In this document: positions 48,212 to 60,881 of the stretch, piece by piece | How positions within the stretch are numbered: the stretch's first letter is position 1 | Layout of the letters: the number at the start of each line of letters is the position of its first letter | NCBI RefSeq assembly: GCF_021028975.2 | Contig: NC_059436.1 | Coordinates: 6,324,001-6,388,000 of the forward strand | DNA length: 64,000 nucleotides | Direction: 5' to 3' | Source: Sphaerodactylus townsendi | Taxonomy: Eukaryota | Program-made: the position numbers and the translations under genes | Notes under the pieces: model-generated | Told to the model about the DNA's origin: nothing | The model's input: only the letters and a program-made list of their open reading frames with translations | Database searches by the model: none

Positions 48212-48329
48212 ACCTAAAGTATTGTGTGCAATTCTGAAGGCCTCACTTCAAAAAGAATGTGGACAGAATGGATCAAATGCAAAGGAGTGCAATAAGGATG
48301 ATCAGGGGCCTGGAGACCAAGCTCCATGA

Positions 48330-48480
48330 GGCCCCTTCCGCACATGCAGAATAATGCACTTTCAATACACTTTCACAATTGTTTGAAAGTGGATTTTGCT
48401 ATTCTGCACAGTAAAATCCAATTGCGAAGTGCATTGAAAATGGATTGAAAGTGCATTATTCTGCACGTGCAGAAGGGGCC
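48330..48480. mobile_element. Harbinger MITE family H (151 bp)
   Basis: GGCCCCTTCCGCAC...GTGCAGAAGGGGCC with TSD TGA. Confidence 0.9.
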
Positions 48481-48982
48481 TGAGAAAATGCTGAGGGACT
48501 TAGGAATGTTTAGTCTGGAGAAGAGGAGGCTGAGGGGGACATGATTGCTCTCATTAAGTATTTGAAGGGCTGTCACTTATAGGAGTTGTTCCTGTTGGCA
48601 GCTGAGAATAGGACTCACAATAATGGGTTTAAATTATGGGGGGAGAGGTAGCTGAGTGAATATTAGGATTATTTTTTTTATAGTAGGAGTTGTTCAGCAG
48701 TGAAATTGGCTGCTTAAGGAGGTGGTGAGCTCCCCCTCACTGGCAGTCTTTAAGCAGCAGCTGGACAAACACTTGTCAGGGATGCTCTAGTCTGATCCTG
48801 CACTGAGCAAGGGTGGGAGGGTTGAACTAGATGGCTGCATGGCCCTTCCGATTCTGTGGTTCTATGGTTCTATACTCCTTTCAGTTATGGCCCTGTAGCT
48901 GCATTAAAACAGAACAACCTCACATAAGAAATAGCCCCATCATTTTAACGGAATATTTTTACTGAATTTTTATCTTTTCCTT

Positions 48983-49260
48983 TTTGATATAGTGGTTAAA
49001 AGCAGGTGCACTCTAATCTGGAGAACCGGGTTTGATTCCCTGCTCTGCCACTTGAGCTGTGGATGCTAATTTGGTGAACCAGACTAGCTTGTGCATTCCA
49101 ACACATGCCAACTGGGTGACCTTGGGCGAGTCACAGTTCTTCGGAGCTCTCTCAGCCCCACCCACCCATCAGGGTGTTTGTTGGGAGGGGGGAAGAGATT
49201 GTAAGCCCTTTTGAGTCTCCTTACAGGAGAGAAAGGGGGGACATAAATCCAAACTCTTCT
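48983..49260 (+). mobile_element. tRNA-derived CORE SINE with L2-like 3' end
   Basis: A box TAGTGGTTAAAAGC, B box GGGTTTGATTCCC, GGGTGACCTTGGGC core, and tail ATAAATCCAAACTCTTCT. Confidence 0.8.
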
Positions 49261-49630
49261 ATGCTGGGGGGAAGAATTAGGACTAATAAAAGGAAACACT
49301 TCTTCACGCAATGTGTGATTGGTGTTTGGAATATGTTGCCACAGGAGGTGGTGATGGCCACTAACCTGGATAGCTTTAAAAGGGGCTTGGACAGATTTAT
49401 GGAGGAGAAGTCGATTTATGGCTACCAATCTTGATCCTCCTTGATCTGAGGTTGCAAATGCCTTAGCAGACCAGGTGCTCGGAAGCAGCAGCAGCAGAAT
49501 GCCATTGCGTTCACATCCTGCATGTGAGCTCCCAAAGGCACCTGGTGGGCCACTGCGAGTAGCAGAGAGCTGGACTAGATGGACTCTGGTCTGATCCAGC
49601 TGGCTTGTTCTTATGTTCTTATGTTTTTAT
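49261..49630 (+). mobile_element. Young CR1 3' end abutting the SINE tail
   Basis: Encodes MLGGRIRTNKRKHFFTQCVIGVWNMLPQEVVMATNLDSFKRGLDRFMEEKSIYGYQS*, followed by a (TTCTTATG)n tail. Confidence 0.93.
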
Positions 49631-50505
49631 TTTACTCTGAAGTAAGCCTCTTTTTATTCAATAGCATTTACTTCCATGAAAATGTTCTTAGGATTGCGGA
49701 CTTTCAGCTTCTTTATCCTGTGTTTCCACCTCATGCATCTCCCACATTCTGAAAAAAAGTGAGAAAGAAAATAGAAGGAAGACTCTGTCAGCCTTTCCTT
49801 GAGACTTGAAACCTGGATCTTAGAAGCAAGCTCCATTTCCCAGCTTTTCAAAAGTATGTCATCAGACAAGCTTGTTTCAGCTAATTCTTCAGCTTGATAT
49901 GTCAACTTCCATTATTGTTATCTTGGAGTCTAAAGTTCAATTGAAATGGAAATGAAAGTTTGTATTTCAAACAAGAAGCTTTTAAGTCAAAATTTCACTG
50001 CTGATCAAAATCTGAAGTCAAATAGTTCTATCTAGTCTTAAATCAGAATTCTTAAAAGAAGAATTTGCATCTTGTTTCCAAAACATGCCTACAAGAATGC
50101 TAGACTGGGGGGGCGGGGGGGGGGTTGTTCCAACTGTATTCTTTGGAAAAATTTCCATCTTCTTTTAAATCAGTTTTCTTCAATGCAAGTGATGGATGAA
50201 AACCAAGGCCAAATCTAAGGGTTGGGGGAGGTTAGGGAAGGCATCTGCCATGGGTGCTGTCCAAAGGGGGCACCACGTAGCTGCCCACCCAGCCGCTGCA
50301 TGTGCCACATGATTGCTGCCAAGATTGAAAGCAAGCAGCAGGACAAAGAGACATGTGGCCCCACTGAGGCCAACTCAAGGAAGGACATAGAGAAGCTGTA
50401 TGGCAATCTCAAGATGGGCCCCAACTTACAGATGGGAGGAGGAGCATCCCAGGCTGCATAGGTATACTCTCTGGGCCTGGGGCTGCCTTTGCATGCTGTG
50501 GCCTG

Positions 50506-50637
50506 NNNNNNNNNNNNNNNNNNNNNNNNNNNNNNNNNNNNNNNNNNNNNNNNNNNNNNNNNNNNNNNNNNNNNNNNNNNNNNNNNNNNNNNNNNNNNNN
50601 NNNNNNNNNNNNNNNNNNNNNNNNNNNNNNNNNNNNN
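50506..50637. other. N gap, 132 nt
   Basis: Run of N. Confidence 1.
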
Positions 50638-50827
50638 CTTCTTGCACATGCATTTCTAAGTTCAGACAGGGAGTAGTCAGATCACAGCAGAGGGGGAGGC
50701 AAGTTGGGGAGGGGAGGCAAGCCTAGGGTGAGGGGTGGATGAGAGGCGAACCTGATGCAGCAAAGTAGGAGGGGGGAGGAAGAGGTGAGCCTAGGACCAG
50801 GTTTGTGTCTGTGTGTGTACACATTAT

Positions 50828-50990
50828 ATGCTGTCAGGTCACTTCCAACTCATGGTGACCCTATGAATTAATGACCTCAAAAAGTTCCTTTTGTTAATAG
50901 CCTTGCTCAGGTCTTGCAAACTGAGACCCATGGCTTCCTTGATGGAGTCAATCCATCTCAGGTTGGGTTTCTCCTCTTTCCCTGCAGTAT
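50828..50990 (-). mobile_element. RTE/BovB-like 3' end
   Basis: CAACTCATGGTGACCCTATGAA...TTGATGGAGTCAATCCATCTCA; reverse complement encodes RWIDSIKEA. Confidence 0.7.
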
Positions 50991-52527
50991 TGTTGTTTCA
51001 CGTGAGAGGGTATTCAAGAAGTAAACTTGTTTGAAGATCTCATCTACTAGGGTTTTATCACAGATTTGCCACGGAGTTTGAGTGAGGAAGGAATGGATAG
51101 GAGTCAGATTAAGTGTTGTTTATTCATGCATCTTGAGTACCTCAACCACAAACTGAAAATGTTGAGCATTCTTGTGTGAATTGTTGATTATATACGTATG
51201 TATGAAGAAAAATATTTATAGATGGGAGCATCTTTTTGTACTTTTCTCCCCTTCAAAAAAAATGTGGATCCAGCCCCGATAAAAACAGTTTTAATGGTGA
51301 TTTTTAAATTAAATTTTGTTAATATGATGAAAGGATGCCTGTGGTTTCATCCCAAGTGTGTCATAAAAGAAATATTTACTTTTGAACCAAACCAGTTGGC
51401 ATCACAAACTTTGGTAATATTCCACTGACATTTCCATTTTCTGCCAAGAGCATTCTGCAGCTGTGATTCTCCCAGCATGATTTCAGTACACCTAAACACA
51501 AAATAACTTTTTTTCTGGCACCTGGGCAATCATACGTCTATGCAGTCACTTTAAATCTTGATCTACCTATGCTCACACAAACATACTAGTTTCATATGTA
51601 TGAAATTCAGTAGATTGACAGAAGTGCCATCAACTGTGGTATTCCGAGCATATCTAAACTACAACATCTCTGTAATGGTTTAATTGCTATGGCTCTCTTT
51701 CCCATGTGCAAGAGTCCTAGAAATTGCAGATTGGAAAGACTGTTGAAAAAGGAAGAGTTATCAACTTGCCTTCCTTCACTAGAATTGCTTGTTTGACTCT
51801 GGGGATGTTCACTGGTTCCAAACACGGCACCAATTTTTCATCAGACAGTTCACAAAGGGTTTGGTCCTATTTGATCTTGAGGTTCCTGTTCAACTGTTGG
51901 GTTCCTGTTCAACTATTCAGACAGAAAACTTGTATGAACTCAGGTAGGCCTATTTGTTCCTGCACCATATAATCTCCGTAACAGAGGAGGAACTGTTCTT
52001 TATATTTTCATTCAGTCTTTTATTTATTGACTTACTGTGTTTCACAACAGTGTACTCATGCCCATTTTATTGGTGTAGCTGAAGGCCTCTGTAAATGGAA
52101 TAAAAGTCATCCATAAAATGCTAGCATTTAATACATTGGGCTCATATTCCCTCACTTAACATGCAAGTTGCAGATCAAAAGATCCATAGTTGTAATCCCA
52201 AACCTATGAAATAATAACTTCATCTCAGGAAAATTTTAAATCTTTACACATCACGGTGATTTTCCAAACAATTGGTGCAGATTTTCTTTGCAGCAATTGC
52301 AAACAACACAACTTGATGGGATATTCATTCATACTAATCTGATAATTATATCCTGCGGTGATGGTATGTATAAATGTTCTTCCCCATGATGCACACAGAG
52401 TTTGGGTAAGATTAACAATGTCATCCGAGTGACACCCTTCTAAATCCTCAGTTTAGAATGATGTAACTCTGTTTAGGATGCCACTGAAAATATACTAATT
52501 ATGGCAGTACAAAGAAAATTATCTGGA

Positions 52528-53125
52528 GTCTTAAGACGTAAAGGTGGATCAAGCCCACAGTCCATCTAGACCAGCATCCTGTTCCCTTTTGTGGTGAATC
52601 AGATGCCTCCAAACCCACAAGCACAACATGGAAACCACAGGCTCCCTTAAGTGTTGCTTTGCAACACTGATTGCTATACAATGCTGCTAAACATGGCTAA
52701 TATCCATTGACCTGTCTCACACGAATTTGTCTAATCCCCTTTTAAAGTCACCAAGGTCACCATGACATGCCATGGCGATGGGTTTCTCAAGTTAATGATG
52801 TATTATCTGCAGGAATACTTCCTTCTGAATCTATTGCTCATCAGTTTTATTGGGTGCCCCCCCCCCTCCAGAATTTTGGAAGTTCTTTCTATACAGTTTC
52901 TCCAGTTTTCAATTTTATAAAGCTCTCTTATTCCCCTCCCCCCAACTTTTTCATCTTTTTTAAAAAGGGCCCCAAAATCTTTAGCTTTTGCTTGAAGGGA
53001 ACATGCTCCAACTCGTTGGTAATTCTGTTTTTCCTTTTATGTATAGTTATTCTTTTTTTTTTTTTGCAATGGAATAATCAGAACTCCAAATGTGGGCACA
53101 CCATAGATCAATACAACAGTACAGT
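52528..53125 (-). mobile_element. Old CR1 3' fragment
   Basis: GTCCATCTAGACCAGCATCCTG...GAATTTGTCTAATCCCCTTTTAAAG...CTCCAAATGTGGGCACACCATAGAT. Confidence 0.7.
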
Positions 53126-53588
53126 AGAAGCAGTACTGGCAAATGGAAATTGCTTTCGGAACCAAAGGCTGCCCTGAAATTAAACCAGAGTGGGAATCTG
53201 GTGGCGTCCCAATATCTTATTAACTTCAACATGCAGTGAAAGGCCATGCTGATCAGCACTGTGACCAAACCCCTCACCATTTCTCCTTCACTACTCTCCA
53301 GTCTTTAACCATTTCGAAGTCACGCCTGCGCCTCTTGGAGAACATCAAACGGCTTGTGCTCTTGATATGTCTAAAGGCATGCCATTCCTGCTGGCTGCCA
53401 GGGGGTCCTGCTCATTTTATACCTGACAGGACCCTGCAAAGAAGCCCCTGGGGGGAGAAAGCCATAAAAATGTTTTATGTAGGAATTGGTTGGTTTCTGT
53501 GCAATAAAACCTGAAGGCATTGCAAAGCAAGCTCCTGTGTAATTGCAAAGAGAGAGGAGATGGCTTCCATATGTTTGAGTGGGTGTGA

Positions 53589-53746
53589 NNNNNNNNNNNN
53601 NNNNNNNNNNNNNNNNNNNNNNNNNNNNNNNNNNNNNNNNNNNNNNNNNNNNNNNNNNNNNNNNNNNNNNNNNNNNNNNNNNNNNNNNNNNNNNNNNNNN
53701 NNNNNNNNNNNNNNNNNNNNNNNNNNNNNNNNNNNNNNNNNNNNNN
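53589..53746. other. N gap, 158 nt
   Basis: Run of N. Confidence 1.
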
Positions 53747-53749
53747 AGA

Positions 53750-54260
53750 AACTGACCCTTCCATAAACTCTCAAGCAGAACCATACTGATAGAGCGCCTG
53801 GAGATGGCCAGTACTAAAAAGACCCCCGAATCAGTAAATTACTCTACCAGGCATGGAATCAGGGCAACCCGAGAGCCATTCATTAATGAGCTTGTTAAAT
53901 GATTGATATGCTTAATTTTCCTGTCAAAGGTGCACTTCCCTTGTAAACATGTCAGCTGAGAAAAGTTCAAGCTTGTCACTGGGATTTATGGCAGGAATAA
54001 TATGTAGGTGGAAAAGAGCGACAACTCCCTGGTGACCCGGGCTGCCCCCATTCAGCATGAGGCCAAGGGGTCCAGGTGCTTCAGCCACCCCCTCCCCCAC
54101 CCCTGTCGTTTCTTCCCTGCAGCTGAGATAACAACAACAGACCCACAAACCAGAAACAGACCAGAACTTGGCCCCAGCAACAATTAGCCCATTAAATTTG
54201 TTCATCTTGATAAAGGGAGAGGCATCATAGTGATGGAATGCCTTTGATCGCTGGCTGTGT
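53750..54260. promoter_or_regulatory. Candidate developmental enhancer (Pbx-Hox, Meis, Fox, TCF motifs)
   Basis: TGATTGAT at 53900, CTGTCA at 53921, TGTAAACA at 53942, TTGTCA at 53973, GATTTATGG at 53983, CCTTTGATC at 54241. TE-free. Confidence 0.55.
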
Positions 54261-54659
54261 TGGGAACCTTCCCTGCCCCAGTCCTGTCATCTTCTCTCCT
54301 TTCTGTTACTTTTTCAAAACTTCCAACAACACCTGACATGTTGCTCATCAATAGCTTTCAACCGTTTCCCTCTGTTTCTGTAAAATTCATCAGCAGGTAC
54401 GGATAGTCACCTCACTTCCTTGCCAAGGGCTGAAGCACTATTTCTCACTTTTAAAATTGTCATCAATTCCCAGCTGTCTCATGGCAACTAGGCTTGGTAA
54501 ACCCGAAGTACAGAAAAACCTGAAAAAAGCCATATTGGTTGTGTGTGTGGGTTTTATTTGGGGGGGGGGGGGTAGAGGTGGTTCTTTTACTGATTAAAAA
54601 ATGCCAAGTGTATTTGAAAAGCCAAATACACCTGGGGCAAAAAAAAATATCCAAATAAT

Positions 54660-54956
54660 GGTCATTTCCCCACTTACCATTGACCACCCTTCGCTGCGCG
54701 CTACTCTCAGCGCACGTCATTTCTGGCGCGACGGCTTTGGCGCACAACCCCGGCTCTGCGTCCCTGCAATGTCATCAAAAAACGCCGCTTTGAGGAGCAG
54801 TTGCAGGAATGACGTTTTACGCTTGAGGTAAAGCGGCGTAAGAGCGGCAGCTTTGGGGCGGCTGCGTTGTTGCCACCCCTGTAGTGGGGAGTGCCGCGGG
54901 ACCCCGCACTACTTGGCGAGAGTAGTGCGCAGCAGATGGTAAGTGCGGAAACGACC
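54660..54956. mobile_element. CpG-rich Harbinger MITE (297 bp), nested in an older element (about 54489-55050)
   Basis: TIR GGTCATTTCCCCACTTACCAT / ATGGTAAGTGCGGAAACGACC with TSD AAT. Confidence 0.88.
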
Positions 54957-55054
54957 AATGATATTGGCTTTATTTGGCTTTACTGAAAATTTCTGGATTG
55001 AAAAAACCCAAACCTGAAATTTACTGATAATTTTTATTGGTGCTCATGCCCCTT

Positions 55055-55222
55055 ATTGGGCTTTCAAGGCAAGAGATGTTCAGAGGTGGTTTGCCATTGC
55101 CTAACTCTATATCCCAACCCTGGACTTCTTTGATGGTCTTCCATCCAAATACTAACCAGGGCTGACCTTGCTTAGTTTCTAAGATCTGATGAGATTGGGC
55201 TAGCCCGGGCTATCCAGATCAG
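55055..55222 (-). mobile_element. 5S-derived SINE
   Basis: CCATCCAAATACTAACCAGGGCTGACCTTGCTTAG..TCTAAGATCTGATGAGATTGGGCTAGCC. Confidence 0.75.
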
Positions 55223-55595
55223 CACTCCATTGCTTATTGTGACTGTTTATTTACTTGCTTACTTTACTTATTGCCTTTCTTACAGAGACTCAAATCAGAT
55301 TACACGTTGTCAATCAATGTAATCTACTAGCAGGCAACATCTAATAAGCAATAAAACTAGGATTGCAAATTTGAAATAATGCAAAAAAATTAATACGCAG
55401 GATATGTTAAGCTATACAGAAGTAGATCATAATGTTGTAGGTGCAGAAAAATAATAAACAGATATTACATACCATAAACTGGGTTATTTCTACAGCAATT
55501 GGCAGTTCAAGCTTAACTTGCTAATTTAAAGCGTGACAAATGACCAGTGATGCATTAGATGTTTGTAGATTGTTCTGGATTTATGCAAAAGGATA

Positions 55596-55717
55596 TCATA
55601 GAATCATAGAGTTGGAAGAGACTCCAAAGACCATCAAGTCCAACCCCCTGCAATGCAGGAACACACAGTCAAAGCACTCCTGACAGATGGCCATCAAGCC
55701 TCTCTTTAAAAACCTCT
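55596..55717 (-). mobile_element. CR1 3' tip (subfamily of 10086)
   Basis: TCATAGAATCATAGAGTTGGAAGAG...AAAGCACTCCTGACAGATGGCCATC. Confidence 0.85.
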
Positions 55718-56210
55718 GCAGCTTCTGCAAAACTCCAAAAAAAAATCCCATTTAATTTCTTATGCCGACCCATGATATATAAAAGCTGCAATGGGGAAAG
55801 TTATGATGTGGAAGGGATAGCTGTACTAGGATCTGGCTATAGATTAGCCTGAAATCTTGCAGACTTTTAATTTAAATTCTCCTTTGCTGTGAAGCTCACT
55901 GGGTGATTGTCAGCTTCACCTACCTCCAAAGGTTGTTTGTGAGAATCGAACAAGAGACGAGAGAGCCACATAAGATATCCCGAGCTCCTTGGAGGAAGAG
56001 TGAGATTAAAATGCACCAGGAAAAAAGCTCCGGTACTGAACATTATAACTGCAGAAGAGTGGATTGGGGAAAAAAATCCAGCACATGATTATTCCAACTT
56101 TTACACACTTGTGGTGCATTTCCAGTTTATGGCCACTTGCTACTACCAACACATAATATGAGTGAATTTCCATCCTCTAGATAACATGGGATTGGCATAG
56201 ATGGTCTTAT

Positions 56211-56388
56211 TAGAGTTACCAACAGACCTGGAAAAAAATCTGTCTTTTTAATAGAGGCTTAATGTGTTGCAATGGATAGCTGAAAGTTTCCATGGCATGG
56301 AAGTAAATAATATGGCCTGATAAATAATAACCCATTAAGCCCCTATTAATGAGACATGACATTTTCCTCCAGGCGGTTGGCAACCCAG
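56211..56388. mobile_element. hAT-Blackjack-like MITE, second family
   Basis: TAGAGTTACCAAC..CCTGGA / TCCAGGCGGTTGGCAACCC, plus internal inverted repeat TAATAGAGGCTTAATG / CATTAAGCCCCTATTA. Confidence 0.65.
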
Positions 56389-58311
56389 GAGTCCTGTTGT
56401 TGCAGTTCATAGCCTGGCTACCTTTGGTACCATCCGTACACCATTTTCAGACTTTCCAAGATTCTAACAATTTCATTTTCTGAATCCAAATATTTTGTCC
56501 TTAGGTTTTCAAAACCAAAACGCCCAGCAAAATTGACTCTGGGTGTAGCTTTATATTGTGAATGAAAGCTGAATGACACCACAACAGTAAAGGTAAAGGT
56601 AAAACCACAACAGCAAGTAACATGTAAACAATAACAAAAAAACCACCCCAAACTGCAGAGTGTTCTTAAAACTGTCATAATCGTGCTTGGAAAGGAACAG
56701 CATCAGAAAATGGATTTTGCTGAGTATTATTTTTTTAGATGAGGAAAAGCTTCAGGATTTTCAGTGATTGGGAGTAATTTTAACACTTATGCATTGTCCT
56801 GATCTCTCCTCTGGCACTTTGCATTGCTTTGTTTTCAAAGTGAAAGAATGTGTGAGGTTTGAATATGGTGGGTGTGAGGTTGTGATCCTGTCTCCCCCTC
56901 GTGGTGAATGCTAGGGACTTCTCACAGCCTGTGGTCACAGAACCTAAGCTTAATTTGCCTCTCTTTTTTTCCTTAAGTATTCAAGGCTTAAAATTGCCAG
57001 CTTCAGTTTCAACAAATGTGTTTGAAAACTGTTATTTTCCTGCATAGTAATATGACATTATAGCACTAGGAAGCGTTTTTGCAACGTGAATGCATATTTG
57101 GGTGCAGTGCTATAATTCAGAATGAAGGTTGATGTCTGGAACAGTTTCCCTTCCTCTGTAAAATAATGTACAGAGTTTGGATATTGTCTGGAAGATCTTT
57201 CTGTCTGGCTCTGTAATTAATACACAGATTTTGGATACTGTTTGGAATATTTTTTTCTAGTGCATCTGTCATTAATATTCTTTTCTAGATTTTCCAGATT
57301 TTCCTGCTCACCACATCAGATTCCTCATACATTGCTGTGAATTATTGTAATTGGAGGAGGGGGAATCCAATACGCTGGGTATCTGTGGGAACAATCCTAA
57401 ACAGGCGTACTTGGAAGCAATACTTATGTTATTTAGTAGGGATTACTCACAGTAAAATGTTTTTAGGAATGAAATAAGATTATCCCATTGGTGTATTCTG
57501 GGATCTGGAGGTCGTTGGACATTGGATTAGATGGACCCTTGAACTGATCCCAAAGGGCTATTCTTAACTGAAGTAAATGGCCTTTCCTGTACAAAACCTC
57601 GAAAATGTTTCTAAAACATTTTCAGCCCCCCCCCCCCCTTACCTCAGTTTATGTCTGCACTCACCACCTTGAAATGAATCCTGGAACCATTTTGTGATTT
57701 TTGCCCTTTTTAAAAAGTAGGTTGTCAATTCCTACCTTCTATGCTTCACAGCTTTGTGCTGCGATTCTCTGCGCCTTTTGCATTGCATCCGTCAAACAAT
57801 GCCCCCCTCCCAAATGACAAACAGAGACTTTGGGTCAGAGGGGGCAGGACTTTGACATGACAGTACCTGATCCTCCTGACCAGGAAATCAGGTGATACTG
57901 AAGGACCAGTCTGGTATTTCTCAGGGTATAAAGATTTGCCCACCAGCTGATTTCCTACCTTGTCTAGTTTGCTGTAGGGTGTTTTGTTCTACACTTCACA
58001 AAAGGGTATTTCCAGCCTGGCTACCCATCCTGTTATCCAGGAACTGGTCTTCAAAGCTACTTTTTACTATATCAGACCCTTAGTCTGTCAAAATCATTAC
58101 TGCCTAGTCAAACTGGCAGTAGTACCTTAGCGAAGGAAGACTCAAGCAGTCGTATCGTGGTCTGGAGGAACATATTAGTAGCTTGGATTAGCATTGGAGA
58201 TGTTGTTGCACAGATTGCTTTTCCTGAACAGTGTTACATTAGAAATTATCCAGCTAAAGCTCGGAAGAAGCATTTGGAATTTAAGCATATTTGCATACTC
58301 TTATGTAACAG

Positions 58312-58737
58312 TCATGTATGGGTGTGAAAGCTGGACTACAAAGAAAGCCGACAGAAGAAGAATAGACGCTTTCGAGTTGTGGTGTTGGCGAAAGCTACTA
58401 TGCATACCATGGACAGCTAGGATGACAAACACAGAAGTCTTGAGCTGCATAAAACCAGACACATCACTAGAAGGGAAAATAATCAGGCTCAGACTTACAT
58501 ACTTTGGTCATGTGATGCGATCAAATCCGCTAGAAAAATCTATGATGCTTGGACTTGTCAGTGGAGGGAGAAGACCTGGACGTCAAAGAATACGATGGCT
58601 GGATACCATAAAAGCTGATACAGGCATTAGCATCAACCAGCTGAAGGAAGCAGTACTTAATCAAAAAATGTGGAAAGAGCTTGCATATCGGGTCGCCAAG
58701 GGTCGAGAACGACTGAATGGATAACAACATCATAATC
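58312..58737 (+). mobile_element. 5'-truncated RTE-clade (BovB-related) LINE with an open ORF2 C-terminus
   Basis: Encodes VMYGCESWTTKKADRRRIDAFELWCWRKLL...YFGHVMR...GRQRIRWLD...RERLNG*, with a short CAA/CAT tail and 9-bp TSD ATGTAACAG (58303-58311, 58738-58746). Confidence 0.93.
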
Positions 58738-59194
58738 ATGTAACAGATCAGAGAGAGAACTTGAAAAAGCAATACTGACATAATAACCTAGCTGATGGTT
58801 CTATCCCTTTTGTATATGGCCTTATTTTGTAACTTGGTATAGAAGTGGACATTAAGTTGCACAGTAAAATTATTTATTTATTTGTATTAAGAAGCCCAGG
58901 GATTGTAAGAACCTCTGTTTTGTTTATAACAATACACAACTGTTTTGTTTAAGACTACATTGTTGAAAATAATACAAAATCAGAGAATATTTTCTTTCCA
59001 TATACTTCTTTATTGAAAGGTCTTGGTTTACAGAATTCTGAGTTGCTAAACTTTCAAGTGGTATCTGTAAAAGAACAACAAAAAGAATGCTTTAAGTTAT
59101 TTTGACATTTAAAATAAGTTTGACTGACCTTTACGCATGTGGTGCAGTGTGGTTTTGGATTTATCATCTGGGTGCACCTGCCCCATTATTATTA

Positions 59195-59398
59195 TGGTTG
59201 GGCTTCCAGGTGGGTCTAGAGTTCTACTGGAATTACAACTGATCTCCAGACATCTGTTCTCCTGGTGGAACTGCAGCTTTGGAGGGTTAATTATATGGCA
59301 CTGCATCTTTGCTGAGCTCCGTCCCTTCCCAAAACTCTACACCCTCTAGGTACTACCCTAAATTTTCAAGAATTTCCCAGCATGAAGTTGGAAACCCT
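59195..59398 (+). mobile_element. MITE family A, degenerate
   Basis: CTGGAATTACAACTGATCTCCAGAC ... GTTGGAAACCC. Confidence 0.7.
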
Positions 59399-60705
59399 TT
59401 TTTGGGCGGCGGGGAGGGGGTGTGTGTGTGAAAAGTAGATGCTCACTACTGAGCCAGGACCACACTCTACGGGGTCCATCTGACTTCAACCTTAATGCCT
59501 GAAGTTGATCTCCACAGAACCAACATTAACCAGAAGGACTGGTCCATTGACTATTTCTGAAGTATGGGTTTTCAGAGTAGCACCTGGCTCTTCTTGCACT
59601 CTCTGGTCTGCCAGCTGTAACATCATTGTTATTCTACTGATGCTTCAGGAGTGGTGTTCCAGCTGTGGACTCAGCTTGCGATCTGCGCAAAGGACTTGGC
59701 CACACTGTGAAATCCATTAGTATGTGGCACCATCTCTGCTTCTTTTGCAGAATCAGCCCCGTTTGGCAATGGACAGCTAGGGCCTTAACCCACTTAGATG
59801 TTACACTTGTATTTACTAGAAATACCTTGTCCTTAACATGCATATCAGCTACACGACAAGACTGACGTGACAGTGGGGACCTCTTACAGAATGCTTTGCC
59901 TGCATTCACAGGAAGCTGACCTGCAAAAGGACGAGACCTTGCTCCTCCCAGGGATTCTTAGTAGGCTAAAAGCTGGCGGGAAGCACATATGTCTTAGAGC
60001 CCAGGGGGACTGCTCCTTGCTCAATGCACGTCTGCCGTGGGTTGGAGATATACTTTTGCATGGAACATATGCTTCCTGCTTCCTCCTGTATAATTCAGTT
60101 AACCGCATGTGCACCGAAACAGACGACATACTAGAGATGTTGCGTTGTTTGAACTTCAGTTTGTGGCAAATCTGATGGAGTAGATCCATCTTTACTGTGT
60201 ATTGAAACTATGCAGTCGTTGCTGCTCTTTAGCATATTCTTAGAATCAGTGATGAATTTTCAGTCCTCTGCTGTTATTTGATCACCAACTATGAACAGCA
60301 TCCATATGATCACTTTTTATTCTGAATGGGTTGAAATTGAATTGTTGTCATGATCTGCCCAGTTTTGGTTTGATCTTGCCATGTCTCCCAGCCAGAATGT
60401 GGGTTCCTTTCCTCTTTCACCATTTCCTCTTATCTGTTGTTGCTGTAGTTTCATTTTATTCTGGCAGTGCTTTATCAGCTCATTAGAACCCTGCTAGCCA
60501 TTGCTCTGTTCAACGCTGGGGAATGTGGGTTCTTTTGACCTAAGTGAAGGCCACGCTGGTACTGGACTGTAGGACTGGAGGGGTGCCAATCTTCCCTGGG
60601 AATCAGGGTTTGGGGTGGTGCTGTGTGACAGGGAAGGGGATGGTGAGGGGTATAATGGAGGGTGCACTGGCATGTGAACTTTTGCCTAAATGCTTTTCTT
60701 GGATG

Positions 60706-60881
60706 CAGTGATGAAGGGAGGGAAAACTGTGCCTGGGACATGAACTGCCCGCTCACCCCCTCCAGCCCTGATATGCCCCACCCCACCCCAACACGCCCCT
60801 GGCCCCACCCCCAACATGTGACTGCAATGGCAGTGCCCGGGCCGAGCTGCCCCGGATGTCCCCATTGCAGCTTCGCCTCTG
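60706..60881. mobile_element. hAT MITE (176 bp)
   Basis: CAGTGATGAAG / CTTCGCCTCTG termini; TSD CTTGGATG / CTCTGATG (6 of 8 match). Confidence 0.65.

Larger units (their letters stand above)
47628..48873 (+). mobile_element. CR1 3' fragment carrying three nested MITEs
   Basis: Encodes MSHQCDAMTRKANVILG; AGTCTGGAGAAGAGGAGGCTGAGGGGGAC body; GATTCTGTGGTTCTATGGTTCTAT tail. Confidence 0.9.

Noticed and set aside
50222-50461. Protein-like ORF next to a gap (KIESKQQDKETCGPTEANSRKDIEKLYGNLK)
   Set aside because: No recognisable homology and no clear splice acceptor.
56889-56906. CTCF-like site (minus strand CCACGAGGGGGAGAC)
   Set aside because: Single imperfect match that cannot be supported without PWM scoring or ChIP data.
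10086-57570. Strand bias of CR1 copies (about 7 minus versus 3 plus) as evidence for host gene orientation
   Set aside because: Too few copies to be significant; L2 copies and SINEs show no consistent bias.
58194-58724. 176-aa ORF as a host gene
   Set aside because: The C-terminal part is RTE ORF2 bounded by a TSD; the N-terminal part is chance read-in from the flank with a TTG start.
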